This document shows positions 1 to 7,879 of a stretch of DNA of 11,045 bases, piece by piece (position 1 is the first letter of the stretch; each line of letters opens with the position of its first letter). The stretch is taken from contig JACRQG010000024.1 in NCBI GenBank assembly GCA_016222805.1, positions 1 to 11,045 of the forward strand. The letters run 5' to 3'. A program made the translations under genes and the position numbers. The notes below the pieces were generated by a model. That model saw nothing but the letters and a program-made list of their open reading frames with translations. It was not told where the DNA came from and ran no database searches. The DNA comes from Verrucomicrobiota bacterium (GTDB taxonomy: Bacteria; Verrucomicrobiota; Verrucomicrobiia; Opitutales; Opitutaceae).

Positions 1-147
1 AGCATTCCACGGAACGCCACGCGGCCTTGCCCACTTGGCTCCAGCGTTACAACTGGCGTCGCCCCCATCGATCGCTACAACGCAAACCACCCGTCTCCAG
101 ACTCTACTTGGAGGACAACCTCCTGACGACTCACACCTAGCGGAACG

Positions 148-1746
148 TCAGACGTCCTTGAAGCTGAGTTCGGCGTGCCGGTGGTTTTCCGAAGGAACTC
201 TGGGCATCGACCCGTGGCGGGTGGGTGCTCTCGCCGAGATTGTCTTCGGCCCGGGCTGGAGGGTGGAGGCGGCAAGTGCGGCGGCGGGAGTCGCGGCGGT
301 GGTGGGGGACCGCTGCTCCGAGCGACCGCCAACCAGCTGCTGAAGTTGGGAAACCGCCTGCTGCAGCGCGATCGCCTGGGCATTGAGCTCCTGGGCGGCT
401 CCCGCCGATTCCTCGGCGCTGGCTGCGTTCGACTGCACGACCTTGTCCATTTCCGTGACGGCGGTGGTGATTTGCTGCACCCCCTGGCTTTGCTCGCGGC
501 TGGCGGTACTGACCTCCGCCACCAGTTGGTCGACGTGGCGGGCCTTTTCGACAATTTCGGTCAGGCTGCGGGCTACCTTTTCGCTGATCTGCACCCCCTG
601 GCCGGTCTTGGCGATGGCCCCCTCGATCTTCTCGGCCGTTTCGCGGGCAGCCTGGGCCGAGCGCTGGGCGAGGGCCCGAACCTCCTCGGCGACCACGGCA
701 AATCCCATGCCGGCTTCGCCAGCGCGGGCGGCCTCGACGGCGGCGTTAAGGGCAAGAATGTTGGTCTGGAATGCGAATTCGTCGATCGTCTTGATGATCT
801 TCGCGATGTCGTCACTCGATGCCTTGATGTCGTGCATCGCGGTCGACATGGCCTGCATGTCGCCGGCGCCGGTGTCGGCAGAGTGGCGTGCCTGGGTGGC
901 AAAGTCTTTCGCCTTGGCCGCACTTTCGGCGTTGCGGTTGGACATGCTGGCCATCTCTTCCAGCGAAGCGCTGGTTTCCTCCAGGGAGGCGGCTTGTTCG
1001 CTGGTGCCGTCGGCGAGTGCCTGGCTGGCGGAAGAGACCTGCGAGGCCGCCGCCGTGACGTGCGTGGCGCTGCTTTCGAGCTGGGTGGCGACCTGCCGGA
1101 GCGTGCGATTGATGCTGCGACTGAGCCAGAAACCGGCGGCCGCGCCGAACACCAGGCCTGCAACGACGCAAATCAGGGTCAGGTGGGAGGTTCGCGTTCC
1201 GGTGGCCGCAGCCGCGCGCGCCGTGGCTTGGGCGTCACGCACCACCAGGGTCTTGAGATTGTCGAGCACGCCGCGGTATTCGGCCGCCAGGGGATCGAGC
1301 TTCGTGCGGGCCAAGGTGTAGGCCTGGTCGTTCTTTCGCTGATCGCTGAGCGAAAAGACCTCCTTGCGCGTGGAAGTGTACCGAGTGCGGACATCTCCAA
1401 TCTGGCTGAGCAGGGCCTTGCCCTCGGCGGTCGTCACCAGTTTGGCGAGGGTGTCGAAGTGATGCGTCAACTGCTGGGAGTCCGCGGCCATCTCCTTCAC
1501 GATCGCCTCCATATCAGCCTGATTGGAACTGCCGATATGTCGGTAGGTGCGGGTGAGATTGGTTTGGTTGATGAGGATCGCGTCCCCGATGGCAACGGCG
1601 GCGGGCAGTTCGCGTTCAGCCACGTGACTGATCTCGCGGTTGACGTTGGCGAGAGCCAGGACCGCGATGATGCCGCCGGCTGACGTGAGGAGGCCGAGCG
1701 TGATCAAGGCGATCCCGAGCCGGTTGCTGATAGTCAGGTGTTTCAT
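148..1746 (-). CDS. Methyl-accepting chemotaxis protein (periplasmic helical sensor, two TM helices, MCP signalling domain), 532 aa
   Basis: Track ORF 148..1899(-). Internal ATG at 1746 (cat at 1744-1746) gives [33 protein letters not shown], an N-terminal TM helix. A second TM helix ([19 protein letters not shown]) lies ~190 aa later. The MCP hairpin tip is strongly conserved ([40 protein letters not shown]), with the typical [17 protein letters not shown] methylation-helix region. TGA stop at 148-150. The 51 codons upstream of the ATG are Arg/Pro/Cys-rich and are not expected to be coding. Confidence 0.9.
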   Translation of the reverse strand: MKHLTISNRLGIALITLGLLTSAGGIIAVLALANVNREISHVAERELPAAVAIGDAILINQTNLTRTYRHIGSSNQADMEAIVKEMAADSQQLTHHFDTLAKLVTTAEGKALLSQIGDVRTRYTSTRKEVFSLSDQRKNDQAYTLARTKLDPLAAEYRGVLDNLKTLVVRDAQATARAAAATGTRTSHLTLICVVAGLVFGAAAGFWLSRSINRTLRQVATQLESSATHVTAAASQVSSASQALADGTSEQAASLEETSASLEEMASMSNRNAESAAKAKDFATQARHSADTGAGDMQAMSTAMHDIKASSDDIAKIIKTIDEFAFQTNILALNAAVEAARAGEAGMGFAVVAEEVRALAQRSAQAARETAEKIEGAIAKTGQGVQISEKVARSLTEIVEKARHVDQLVAEVSTASREQSQGVQQITTAVTEMDKVVQSNAASAEESAGAAQELNAQAIALQQAVSQLQQLVGGRSEQRSPTTAATPAAALAASTLQPGPKTISARAPTRHGSMPRVPSENHRHAELSFKDV

Positions 1747-1801
1747 GGAAGTTTCGCAGCGGACAAACCAGTGGGCGGCACCCCCGCAGGGTGAAGTGCC
1801 A

Positions 1802-1815
1802 GTCGAATGTTCGAC
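1802..1815. repeat. Perfect 14-bp palindrome GTCGAAtgTTCGAC upstream of the MCP gene; candidate operator
   Basis: Read directly: gtcgaa/ttcgac arms with a 2-nt spacer, 56-69 nt upstream of the MCP ATG (1746, minus strand), inside the 311-nt spacer 1747-2057. The repeat is certain; a regulatory role is only inferred. Confidence 0.3.
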
Positions 1816-2057
1816 ACAGGTGACGGGACATTGAGGCCTGAATGGGGGTCGGGCGTGGGTGAATGCGCATACCCGACTCCGGTGCGGCACTTGCCGCATT
1901 CGCGATGGTGGGGGTCGGCGGCGGAAATGAGGGACGGTGACACCTTCCCGTTCCGCCCAAAGGTCGATCGGCGCTGCGTATCGTTTGCCGGACCCCTCCG
2001 GGCTGCGGCCCAGACGTGAGAGGCGCCTGATGTTGCCGACAACGGCGAGGTTGCGGC

Positions 2058-4748
2058 TCAGCGCAGCGCCTTGATGTGGAGGATGAGAGACTTAATCTGC
2101 GACTCGGTCAGCACGCCGACGTAGCTGGGCATCGAGAACTCACCCTTTTCGAAGCCGGCGGCGATGGCGGCCCCGGGGTCCAGGATGGATTCGCGCAGGT
2201 AGTCCTCGTCTGCCGTGACGACGTGGGCCTTCTGGCCGACGAAGACCTTGCGCTGCGTGCCAAAGAGGCCCTGCCACGGCGGGCCCGAGCGCGCAATGGC
2301 CGGATTATTGTTCGAGCCATGGCAGGCGATGCAGCCGAACAGCTGCGACAGCCGCCCGCCTTCCTCGGCGCTCACCGGGCCGAGGTCCTCCGCGACCACC
2401 GCCCGCGGCGTGAGGTCGACGGTGATGTCGCCGAAGCCCTCCGTCCGAGGGTCGAACTTCGGGAGGTCATAGGGAGTGGTGTAGGCGTTGTCGCTGAACC
2501 GCGTGCCGTCCGCCGTGGCGAGCGACCAGCCGACGCGCAGCTGCATCACCGGCTTCAGGCCCGGCACTGCGATGAAGACGCTGCGGCCGTCCGTGGACAG
2601 GTAGGCGGCGCTGGGTGCGAGCGCATCCTGCCCGGGCGTGCCATCGGCCTTGAATTGCGGAGAACCGTACTTGTAGGTGCGTTGGTACGCCCAAGATTGC
2701 AGCGAGTAGCTGGAGGTATTGCGGGCGCGTGCCGGATCCAGGGGAACCTCGAATCGCACCAGCACCCCCTGGTCCATGGCGACGACCTCGCGCGGGAGGG
2801 TGACGGGGGCGCCGGTGTAGCGCACGCGTCCCAGGCCGGCGGGAACATCGATGATGTTGCCCCAGCCGAGGACCTGGAAGCCGGCGATGTACAGCTGACC
2901 GTCGACGGGGTTGACGGAGCCGTTGAGGGGCGGGAAATCGAAGGCGTGGGTGATGCTCACGACTGCGGCCTGCAGGCGGCGACCCCGCGAGTGGAGGAGC
3001 ACGCGGAATAGCTCCGGTCGGTTGTAGCCGATGTGAACCAGGCCGTCGTTGAGCGGGCCGAGTCGGGCATCGTGCAGCCAAACCTGTGAAAGGCCCGAAG
3101 CGTTGACCGGATGCGGGATCCAGGTGAGCGGGTCCGCAATCGGCGCCGGATACTTCTCCCGCGGCTCAAACGGCGCCAGGAAGCCGTAGAACTGTCGCCC
3201 GGCGACGACGTGCAGCGGAGTGGAAGGAATGTACTGCCCCTGCTGATCGCTGGCGGTGACCAGGCCGGTGCGGGGATTGACGCCAATGTTGGGCTGCCGG
3301 AAGCCCCAACCGAGGACCTCGGACCGCCGGCCGTCCGCGGACAGCCGGAGGACACTGCCGTTGTGTTTGCCCTGGGTGGTGGCCTGCTGGCCACCCTTGG
3401 AAATCACGAACTCGCCGGCCGGGCCCAGCCGCACTTGCGAGGGAAACTCCCGCAGGTCCGCCGTCTGCGCGAAGGCGTTGGAGAACATCTCGTGGAGGTC
3501 GGCCTCTCCGTCCCCGTTGGTGTCGCGGAGTCTCCACAGGCCGTTGCGATCGAAGGCGAAGATCTCGTCGTCGCGAATGGCGATCGACATCGGTTCGTGC
3601 AGGCCGGAAGCAAAGCGCCGCCATCGCACGCTCCCGCCCGCCTCGTGGGCTCCGCGCATCAGCCACACGTCCCCGTCGATGGTCACAACCACGCCGGTGC
3701 CATCGCGAAGAAACTGAATGTCGCTCGGCCGCACCGCGCGCTGCCAGGGATTGGGGTCTGGCAGATCCAGGTGGTCCACCACATAAGCGGCCGCATTGCC
3801 AGAAACGGTGAGGGAGGTGGGTACCTCATGCCACCATCTTCGGCCCGCGGGTGCGGTCGCCGGTGGGCGGGCGGTCAGACTCGACAGATCCACCCCGGCG
3901 GAGGATGCGATCGCCACCGCAAAGGTGAGGGAGGCGCGGCGGGCCGGTATTCGAACCACGGCGACATCGCCCTCCGCGGTCAGCCGGGCGGAAGCCGGGT
4001 GTCCGCGGGGGCCGACAAGGGCAAGCGACACGGCGGTGGCCTTGCGGCCAAGAATCAATTGCAGGTCGGTCTCGGCCGGTCCGACTTCGAGGTGTCGCAC
4101 GATCACCGGTTGTCCGGAGACCACCTCGCTCCGGATCGCCTCCCGAATGCGAGTCGCGCCGGTCGTGTACTCCAAGACCGCTCCTTCGGAAGTGAGGCGC
4201 AGTGCGGCGAAGCGGCCCAGATCCTCGGGCAGGGCGCCACGGCCGACCTCCTCCTTGCTGGGGGCGGGTTCGCGCGGGTCGGTTAGCGATACGCGGTCGC
4301 CGCGCTGCCATCCCGGATGGATGCCGGTGGCGAGCCAGACCTTGCCATCGGGGCGGGGAAGGCCGACCTGCCCGCCCGGGGTCTTTCGCGAGATGTCGTG
4401 GTAGGAACCGGGGGCCAGGGCGGTCGGGGTGACCCCGGCTCCACGCCAAAGGGCGGCGACCCGCAGCAAGTCCGGATCAAAGCACGCCCAGCACTCGTTG
4501 CCCAACGGAAGGATGATGCCGCGCGGGGTCAGGTTATCCCCGGGCAGGCTGGCGCCGACCTTGCGGGCATCGAGGACCGAGGAAAAGAACGGAAAGTCCG
4601 GCTCCACCCAGGGGGCATCGGAGGCGGCGATGGCCGCCTTGGGAGCGGCGGCAGGCAACGGGGTGAAGGCGACGGCCAACAGGAGCGCGAGCAGTCGCAC
4701 CAGACTGGAGCGCAAGATGATAGGCTGGGGCCGGGCAGCGGGGAGCAT
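2058..4748 (-). CDS. Secreted large beta-propeller-like protein with C-terminal mono-haem cytochrome c domain (PVC-type haem-binding / dehydrogenase-like family), 896 aa
   Basis: Track ORF 2058..4949(-) opens with TTG (caa at 4947-4949). Internal ATG at 4748 (cat at 4746-4748) gives a classic signal peptide, [35 protein letters not shown]|PKA. CxxCH haem motif CIACH is encoded at 2319-2333 (tgc atc gcc tgc cat on the minus strand). A distal Met candidate lies in EFSMPSY, followed by the family-typical tail [14 protein letters not shown]. The middle region ([44 protein letters not shown]) resembles soluble sugar-dehydrogenase-type propeller blades. Confidence 0.85.
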   Translation of the reverse strand: MLPAARPQPIILRSSLVRLLALLLAVAFTPLPAAAPKAAIAASDAPWVEPDFPFFSSVLDARKVGASLPGDNLTPRGIILPLGNECWACFDPDLLRVAALWRGAGVTPTALAPGSYHDISRKTPGGQVGLPRPDGKVWLATGIHPGWQRGDRVSLTDPREPAPSKEEVGRGALPEDLGRFAALRLTSEGAVLEYTTGATRIREAIRSEVVSGQPVIVRHLEVGPAETDLQLILGRKATAVSLALVGPRGHPASARLTAEGDVAVVRIPARRASLTFAVAIASSAGVDLSSLTARPPATAPAGRRWWHEVPTSLTVSGNAAAYVVDHLDLPDPNPWQRAVRPSDIQFLRDGTGVVVTIDGDVWLMRGAHEAGGSVRWRRFASGLHEPMSIAIRDDEIFAFDRNGLWRLRDTNGDGEADLHEMFSNAFAQTADLREFPSQVRLGPAGEFVISKGGQQATTQGKHNGSVLRLSADGRRSEVLGWGFRQPNIGVNPRTGLVTASDQQGQYIPSTPLHVVAGRQFYGFLAPFEPREKYPAPIADPLTWIPHPVNASGLSQVWLHDARLGPLNDGLVHIGYNRPELFRVLLHSRGRRLQAAVVSITHAFDFPPLNGSVNPVDGQLYIAGFQVLGWGNIIDVPAGLGRVRYTGAPVTLPREVVAMDQGVLVRFEVPLDPARARNTSSYSLQSWAYQRTYKYGSPQFKADGTPGQDALAPSAAYLSTDGRSVFIAVPGLKPVMQLRVGWSLATADGTRFSDNAYTTPYDLPKFDPRTEGFGDITVDLTPRAVVAEDLGPVSAEEGGRLSQLFGCIACHGSNNNPAIARSGPPWQGLFGTQRKVFVGQKAHVVTADEDYLRESILDPGAAIAAGFEKGEFSMPSYVGVLTESQIKSLILHIKALR

Positions 4749-5019
4749 CGTCGGGTGGGGTCGGCGGGGGGGCGACTCTTGCGTCACCTCTCGGCGCGCC
4801 CAAGCCAATTCTCCCCGACCGATGCGGGCACGAGACGTCCGGCACCGACGGTGGTTTCGCTGCCGATCACGAGCCGGGCCTGCCTGGCCTTTCGAGCGGG
4901 TGTCGGGCGGCGCGTTCCCGGTTTGTTCTGGGCGCCGCGGATCGGGCAATCAGTTCTCAGTTGACGACCGGCGGAGCGGGCGTTCCCCTAGCCGGTTTCC
5001 ACCGAGATTCCTTTCCGAC

Positions 5020-5220
5020 ATGCGCGACGATTACATCAAGGATGCCCTCAAATCCATCCAGGATCCGAATGTCCTGATCAACGTGGTTTCGCGCCGCGTG
5101 AAACAACTCAAGCGTGGCAACCGCCCGTTGGTCGAGTCCCTCGAGAAACTCTCGCCGGAGGACATCGCGTTGCGCGAGATCATCGAAGGAAAGATCAGCC
5201 ACGAAATCGCGACCAAGTAA
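5020..5220 (+). CDS. rpoZ: DNA-directed RNA polymerase subunit omega, 66 aa
   Basis: ATG at 5020, TAA at 5218-5220. MRDDYIKDALKSIQDPNVLINVVSRRVKQLKRGNRPLVESLEKLSPEDIALREIIEGKI matches the omega core pattern (NxxxLVxxxSxRxxQLxxG...PxxIALxEIxxGKI). The long upstream part of track ORF 4429..5220 is Arg/Ser-rich and non-coding-like. Confidence 0.8.
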   Translation: MRDDYIKDALKSIQDPNVLINVVSRRVKQLKRGNRPLVESLEKLSPEDIALREIIEGKISHEIATK

Positions 5221-5324
5221 CGCGGCTCGCGGCGCGGCGCGCCGCTGAGGGAGCAGGCTCCGGCCTCCGCCCTCCCGCGGTGAAAGCCTCGCCCTTCCTT
5301 CCGGCAGTACCATCAAGAATTTTC

Positions 5325-5357
5325 GGCGGCCCGGCGATTGTCGGAGCCGCCTTTTTT
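5325..5357 (+). terminator. Rho-independent terminator after rpoZ
   Basis: GGCGGCCCG (5325-5333) pairs with CGGaGCCGCC (5342-5351): 9 bp with one bulged A (5345) and an 8-nt loop gcgattgt. A T6 run follows immediately at 5352-5357. It lies 105 nt after the rpoZ stop. Confidence 0.6.
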
Positions 5358-5386
5358 GTCCATCCTCCGGTTCTCCGAATCCCGCC

Positions 5387-5866
5387 ATGGCCGCGTCGAA
5401 ACAGGACGGCAAGCGTTACACCGAAGTCCGCAACAGCAAGGCGCTGCGCGACTACACGGTGGATGAGCGCTTCGAGGCCGGCATCCAGCTGCGCGGGACC
5501 GAGGTAAAGTCGATCCGCGCCGGGCGCGCCCAGATCAACGATGCCTTTGCCCGGGTGGAGAAGGGAGAGCTGTGGCTCTACAACGCCCACATCGAGCAGT
5601 ACGCCTTCGGCAATATCCACAACCACGACGCCAAGCGGATCCGGAAGCTGCTGTTGCACCGCCGGCACATCGAGAAGATCCGCGTGGCGCTGGAGACCGG
5701 CGGGGGCCGCGCCGTGGTGCCGCTGCGGATGTACTTCAAGCAGGCGCTGGTGAAGGTCGAAGTCGCGCTCTGCACGGGCAAGAAGCTCTTTGATCGGCGC
5801 GAAGATCTGAAGCGGCGAGTGCAGATGCGGGAGGTGGATGCGGCGATGAAGCGTCGGCGCTCCTGA
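5387..5866 (+). CDS. smpB: SsrA(tmRNA)-binding protein SmpB, 159 aa
   Basis: NSKALRDYTVDERFEAGIQLRGTEVKSIRAGRAQINDAFARVEKGELWLYNAHIEQY...HDAKRIRKLLLHRRHIEKI...VPLRMYFKQALVKVEVALCTGKKLFDRRED is the canonical SmpB pattern over the full length. ATG 5387, TGA 5864-5866. Confidence 0.95.
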   Translation: MAASKQDGKRYTEVRNSKALRDYTVDERFEAGIQLRGTEVKSIRAGRAQINDAFARVEKGELWLYNAHIEQYAFGNIHNHDAKRIRKLLLHRRHIEKIRVALETGGGRAVVPLRMYFKQALVKVEVALCTGKKLFDRREDLKRRVQMREVDAAMKRRRS

Positions 5867-5895
5867 GCCGTCGTCGACCCTTCCGCCGTCCCACC

Positions 5896-6369
5896 ATGCT
5901 GCATGTCGTGCTGTTCCAGCCGGAGATCGCTCCGAACACCGGCAACATCGGCCGGATGTGCGCGGTCACCCGCTCGCGGTTGCATCTGATCCACCCGCTG
6001 GGCTATGTGATCAACGATCGCAACCTGCGGCGGGCCGGGATGGATTATTGGAAGTCGCTCGACGTGCACGAGCACGCCGACTGGGCGGCGTTTCGGGCCA
6101 GTCCCGCGGCCCCGCGCCGGCTCTGGCTGTTTACCACGCGGGCGGAGCGGTCATTCTGGGACGCGACTTTTGCCGACGAGGACGGCCTGGTCTTTGGCAA
6201 CGAGAGTTCGGGGGCGCCGCCCTGGCTGCATGATGAACTGGAGGCCCGGCGCGTGACGATCCCCCAGGCCAATCCGGCGCTGCGATCGCTCAACCTGAGC
6301 ACCGCAGCCGGGATCGCCTGCTTCGAGGCGCTGCGTCAGCTTCGCCCGGCGGGGATCAGTCGCGCTTGA
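5896..6369 (+). CDS. trmL: tRNA (cytidine/uridine(34)-2'-O)-methyltransferase TrmL (SpoU/TrmH family), 157 aa
   Basis: MLHVVLFQPEIAPNTGNIGRMCAVTRSRLHLIHPLGY...RNLRRAGMDYW...LVFGNESSGAP...IPQANPALRSLNLSTAAGIACFEALRQL is collinear with E. coli TrmL/YibK, also 157 aa ([22 protein letters not shown]...RSMNLSNAVSVVVYEAWRQL, from memory). ATG 5896, TGA 6367-6369. Confidence 0.9.
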   Translation: MLHVVLFQPEIAPNTGNIGRMCAVTRSRLHLIHPLGYVINDRNLRRAGMDYWKSLDVHEHADWAAFRASPAAPRRLWLFTTRAERSFWDATFADEDGLVFGNESSGAPPWLHDELEARRVTIPQANPALRSLNLSTAAGIACFEALRQLRPAGISRA

Positions 6370-6799
6370 CCGCCGGCAGTGCCCGGAGCGGGAGCGCGGC
6401 AGGATCCGCGCGGAGGCGCGAGTCGAAGCGCAGCAATTCCGGCCGGGGTGTCGTTGGACGGGCGAGGTGAGGCGGAACAAAGCCCTGGTCGGACGCATTC
6501 GAGCCGAGCACAAGAACTCCCAGGCGCATCTGCGGTTGCGCGGATGGCGGTTTCGTCGGGTCCGTGCGACGGTTGGACGGAAGAAAGCGAAACGAACCTG
6601 GCGCCGTTCCCGCGGGCGGCGGGGCTGCGACCCCACGTCCCGGCGACAGCAGGTACGGCCCGGGAAGCAGGGTCAGCCGGTCGAGATGGCGATCCACCGT
6701 ACCGGGGGCGCTGGCGATGTTCTGTGCGGCGGCTGGCGCGGCGAGGGCGAGTCCGGCCGCGAGAAACCACGGGAGACGTACGCAGGACGGGGCGCTCAT
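6356..6799 (-). CDS. Hypothetical small secreted proline-rich protein, 147 aa (alternative ATG at 6841)
   Basis: ATG at 6799 (cat 6797-6799) gives MSAPSCVRLPWFLAAGLALAAPAAA|QN, a plausible Sec signal peptide with an AxA site. GC3 is about 78-85% in the stretches I hand-translated, consistent with coding in this genome. It is co-directional with the ATPase genes and 82 nt downstream of them. I recognise no homology, the sequence is low-complexity Pro/Arg-rich, and the 3' end overlaps trmL by 14 nt (convergent). Moderate to low confidence. Confidence 0.4.
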   Translation of the reverse strand: MSAPSCVRLPWFLAAGLALAAPAAAQNIASAPGTVDRHLDRLTLLPGPYLLSPGRGVAAPPPAGTAPGSFRFLPSNRRTDPTKPPSAQPQMRLGVLVLGSNASDQGFVPPHLARPTTPRPELLRFDSRLRADPAALPLRALPAVKRD

Positions 6800-6818
6800 G
6801 GGGAAGAAGAGGTCTCGA

Positions 6819-6849
6819 ATCGCGGACACTTTACGGGCCATTCCGCGAT
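6819..6849 (-). repeat. 8-bp perfect inverted repeat (potential stem-loop) between the OppF-like stop and the secreted ORF start
   Basis: atcgcgga (6819-6826) and tccgcgat (6842-6849) are exact reverse complements separated by a 15-nt loop. On the minus-strand RNA the stem is followed by ucgagaccucuucuucccc, which is pyrimidine-rich but not a clean U-tract. Confidence 0.3.
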
Positions 6850-6881
6850 CGGGCAACCGGCATTTTCGGGGTAACGGAGCC

Positions 6882-7862
6882 TCAGATCTCCCCCAGGCGG
6901 AGGCAGGCGGCTTCCCGGCCGGCCGCGGCGACAAGTCCCGGCACGGTGGCGCGGCAGCGGTCGTCGGCGAACGGGCAGCGCGGGTGAAAGGAGCAGCCGG
7001 CGGGCGGGTGAATCGGGGAGGGTGGATCGCCCGGCAGCACGAGGCGCTGCCGCGATCGCTCCACGTCGGGATCGGGCCGCGGGATGGCGCTCACCAACGC
7101 GCGGGTATACGGATGGAGCGGGCGCTCGATCACGTCGATGGCCGGGCCAATTTCGACGATTTTGCCCAGGTACATCACGGCGATGCGATCGGAGATGTGC
7201 TTCACCACCGAGAGATCGTGCGCGATGAAGATCAGGGCCAGGTTCATTTCCCGGCAGAGTTTCGACAGCAGGTTGAGAATCTGCGCCTGGATCGAGACGT
7301 CGAGGGCGGAGACTGGTTCGTCGGCGACAATGATCTTCGGTTCCAGGGCCAGGGCGCGGGCGATGGCGATCCGCTGGCGCTGGCCGCCGGAAAACTCATG
7401 GGGGTATTTGCGGAGGAAGCGCGGGGCCAGGCCCACGCGCTTCATCAGGGTTGCGACCCGCTCCGGGATTTCCGACGGCGGGCAGATGCGGTGAACCCGC
7501 AGCGGTTCGGCCAGGGTGTCGAAGACCGTCATGCGCGGGTTGAGCGACGCATAGGGATCCTGGAAGACCATCTGCAAATCGCGCCGTACCTCGCGCACGT
7601 CCGCGGCCGTGCCGGTGGTGAGATTGCGGCCCTCGAGGATGACCGAGCCGGCGGTGGTGGGCAGCAACTGCAGGATGGTGCGGGCGAGCGTAGACTTGCC
7701 GCAGCCGGACTCCCCGACGAGGCCGACCACCTCACCGCTGCCCACCGAGAGCGAAACGCCGTCGACCGCGCGTACCGTACCGAGGTGGCGCTTGAACAGG
7801 AAGCCGTGATGCACGGGGAAGTGCGTCTTCACGTCGCGGAGTTCGAGCAAAGGGGCGGGCAT
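6882..7862 (-). CDS. Oligopeptide/dipeptide-type ABC transporter ATP-binding protein, OppF/DppF-like, 326 aa
   Basis: ATG at 7862 (cat 7860-7862) gives MPAPLLELRDVKTHFPV. Motifs: Walker A GESGCGKST, Q-loop MVFQDP, signature FSGGQRQRIAIARAL, Walker B IIVADEPVSALD, H-loop FIAHDL. The Opp-family C-terminal extension is present (HPYTRALVSAIP...GCSFHPRCPFADDRC...AAC). TGA at 6882-6884. The 47-codon upstream extension in the track is not supported. Confidence 0.9.
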   Translation of the reverse strand: MPAPLLELRDVKTHFPVHHGFLFKRHLGTVRAVDGVSLSVGSGEVVGLVGESGCGKSTLARTILQLLPTTAGSVILEGRNLTTGTAADVREVRRDLQMVFQDPYASLNPRMTVFDTLAEPLRVHRICPPSEIPERVATLMKRVGLAPRFLRKYPHEFSGGQRQRIAIARALALEPKIIVADEPVSALDVSIQAQILNLLSKLCREMNLALIFIAHDLSVVKHISDRIAVMYLGKIVEIGPAIDVIERPLHPYTRALVSAIPRPDPDVERSRQRLVLPGDPPSPIHPPAGCSFHPRCPFADDRCRATVPGLVAAAGREAACLRLGEI

Positions 7863-7879
7863 GGCGGCAGCGGCGGCGA

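Noticed and set aside
1-147. Possible gene fragments at the left edge: a + frame-1 reading ending at TGA 124-126, and a minus-strand ATG at 68 open to the edge (MGATPVVTLEPSGQGRVAFRG...). Also a GGAGG/CCTCC hairpin at 110-123 as a possible MCP terminator.
   Set aside because: GC3 in both frames is only about 63-65%, well below the ~80-85% of the confirmed genes, and no motif is recognisable in so few codons. The hairpin is only 5 bp and has no U-tract on either strand.
175-1683. Long + strand ORF (502 aa) antisense to the MCP gene. The same pattern occurs at 2076..3011, 3111..4286, 6564..7916, 8396..9703 and 8947..10587 (311-546 aa).
   Set aside because: All lie exactly opposite genes with strong family signatures. 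Their translations are Gly/Arg/Asp/His/Leu-rich with no recognisable motifs. They are typical shadow ORFs, produced because stop codons are depleted in high-GC DNA. None has independent support.
1786-1801. Sigma-54-like element on the MCP coding strand: TGGCACttcacCCTGC, about 40 nt upstream of the ATG.
   Set aside because: The GG...GC spacing is one nucleotide longer than the strict -24/-12 consensus (TGGCAC-N5-TTGC), and the -12 box is CTGC rather than TTGC. It is kept only as context for the neighbouring palindrome.
3944-3960. T-loop-like GGTTCGAAT on the minus strand (attcgaacc at 3949-3957), suggesting a tRNA.
   Set aside because: The flanking bases do not form a T-stem (CGTGG versus ACCGG). 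No acceptor or anticodon arms can be built, and it lies inside the well-supported haem-protein CDS.
5229-5245. Perfect GC hairpin GCGGCGC-ggc-GCGCCGC right after the rpoZ stop.
   Set aside because: The loop is 3 nt and no T-tract follows. The sequence is part of a GC-rich palindromic run (contains GGCGCGCC). The downstream hairpin at 5325-5357 is the credible terminator.
5221-5386. Search for a tmRNA (ssrA) gene next to smpB.
   Set aside because: The gaps flanking smpB are 166 nt and 29 nt, too short for a ~350-nt tmRNA. I saw no GGGGCUG-type 5' end, tag reading frame, or tRNA-Ala-like acceptor/T-arm here or in 6370-6881.
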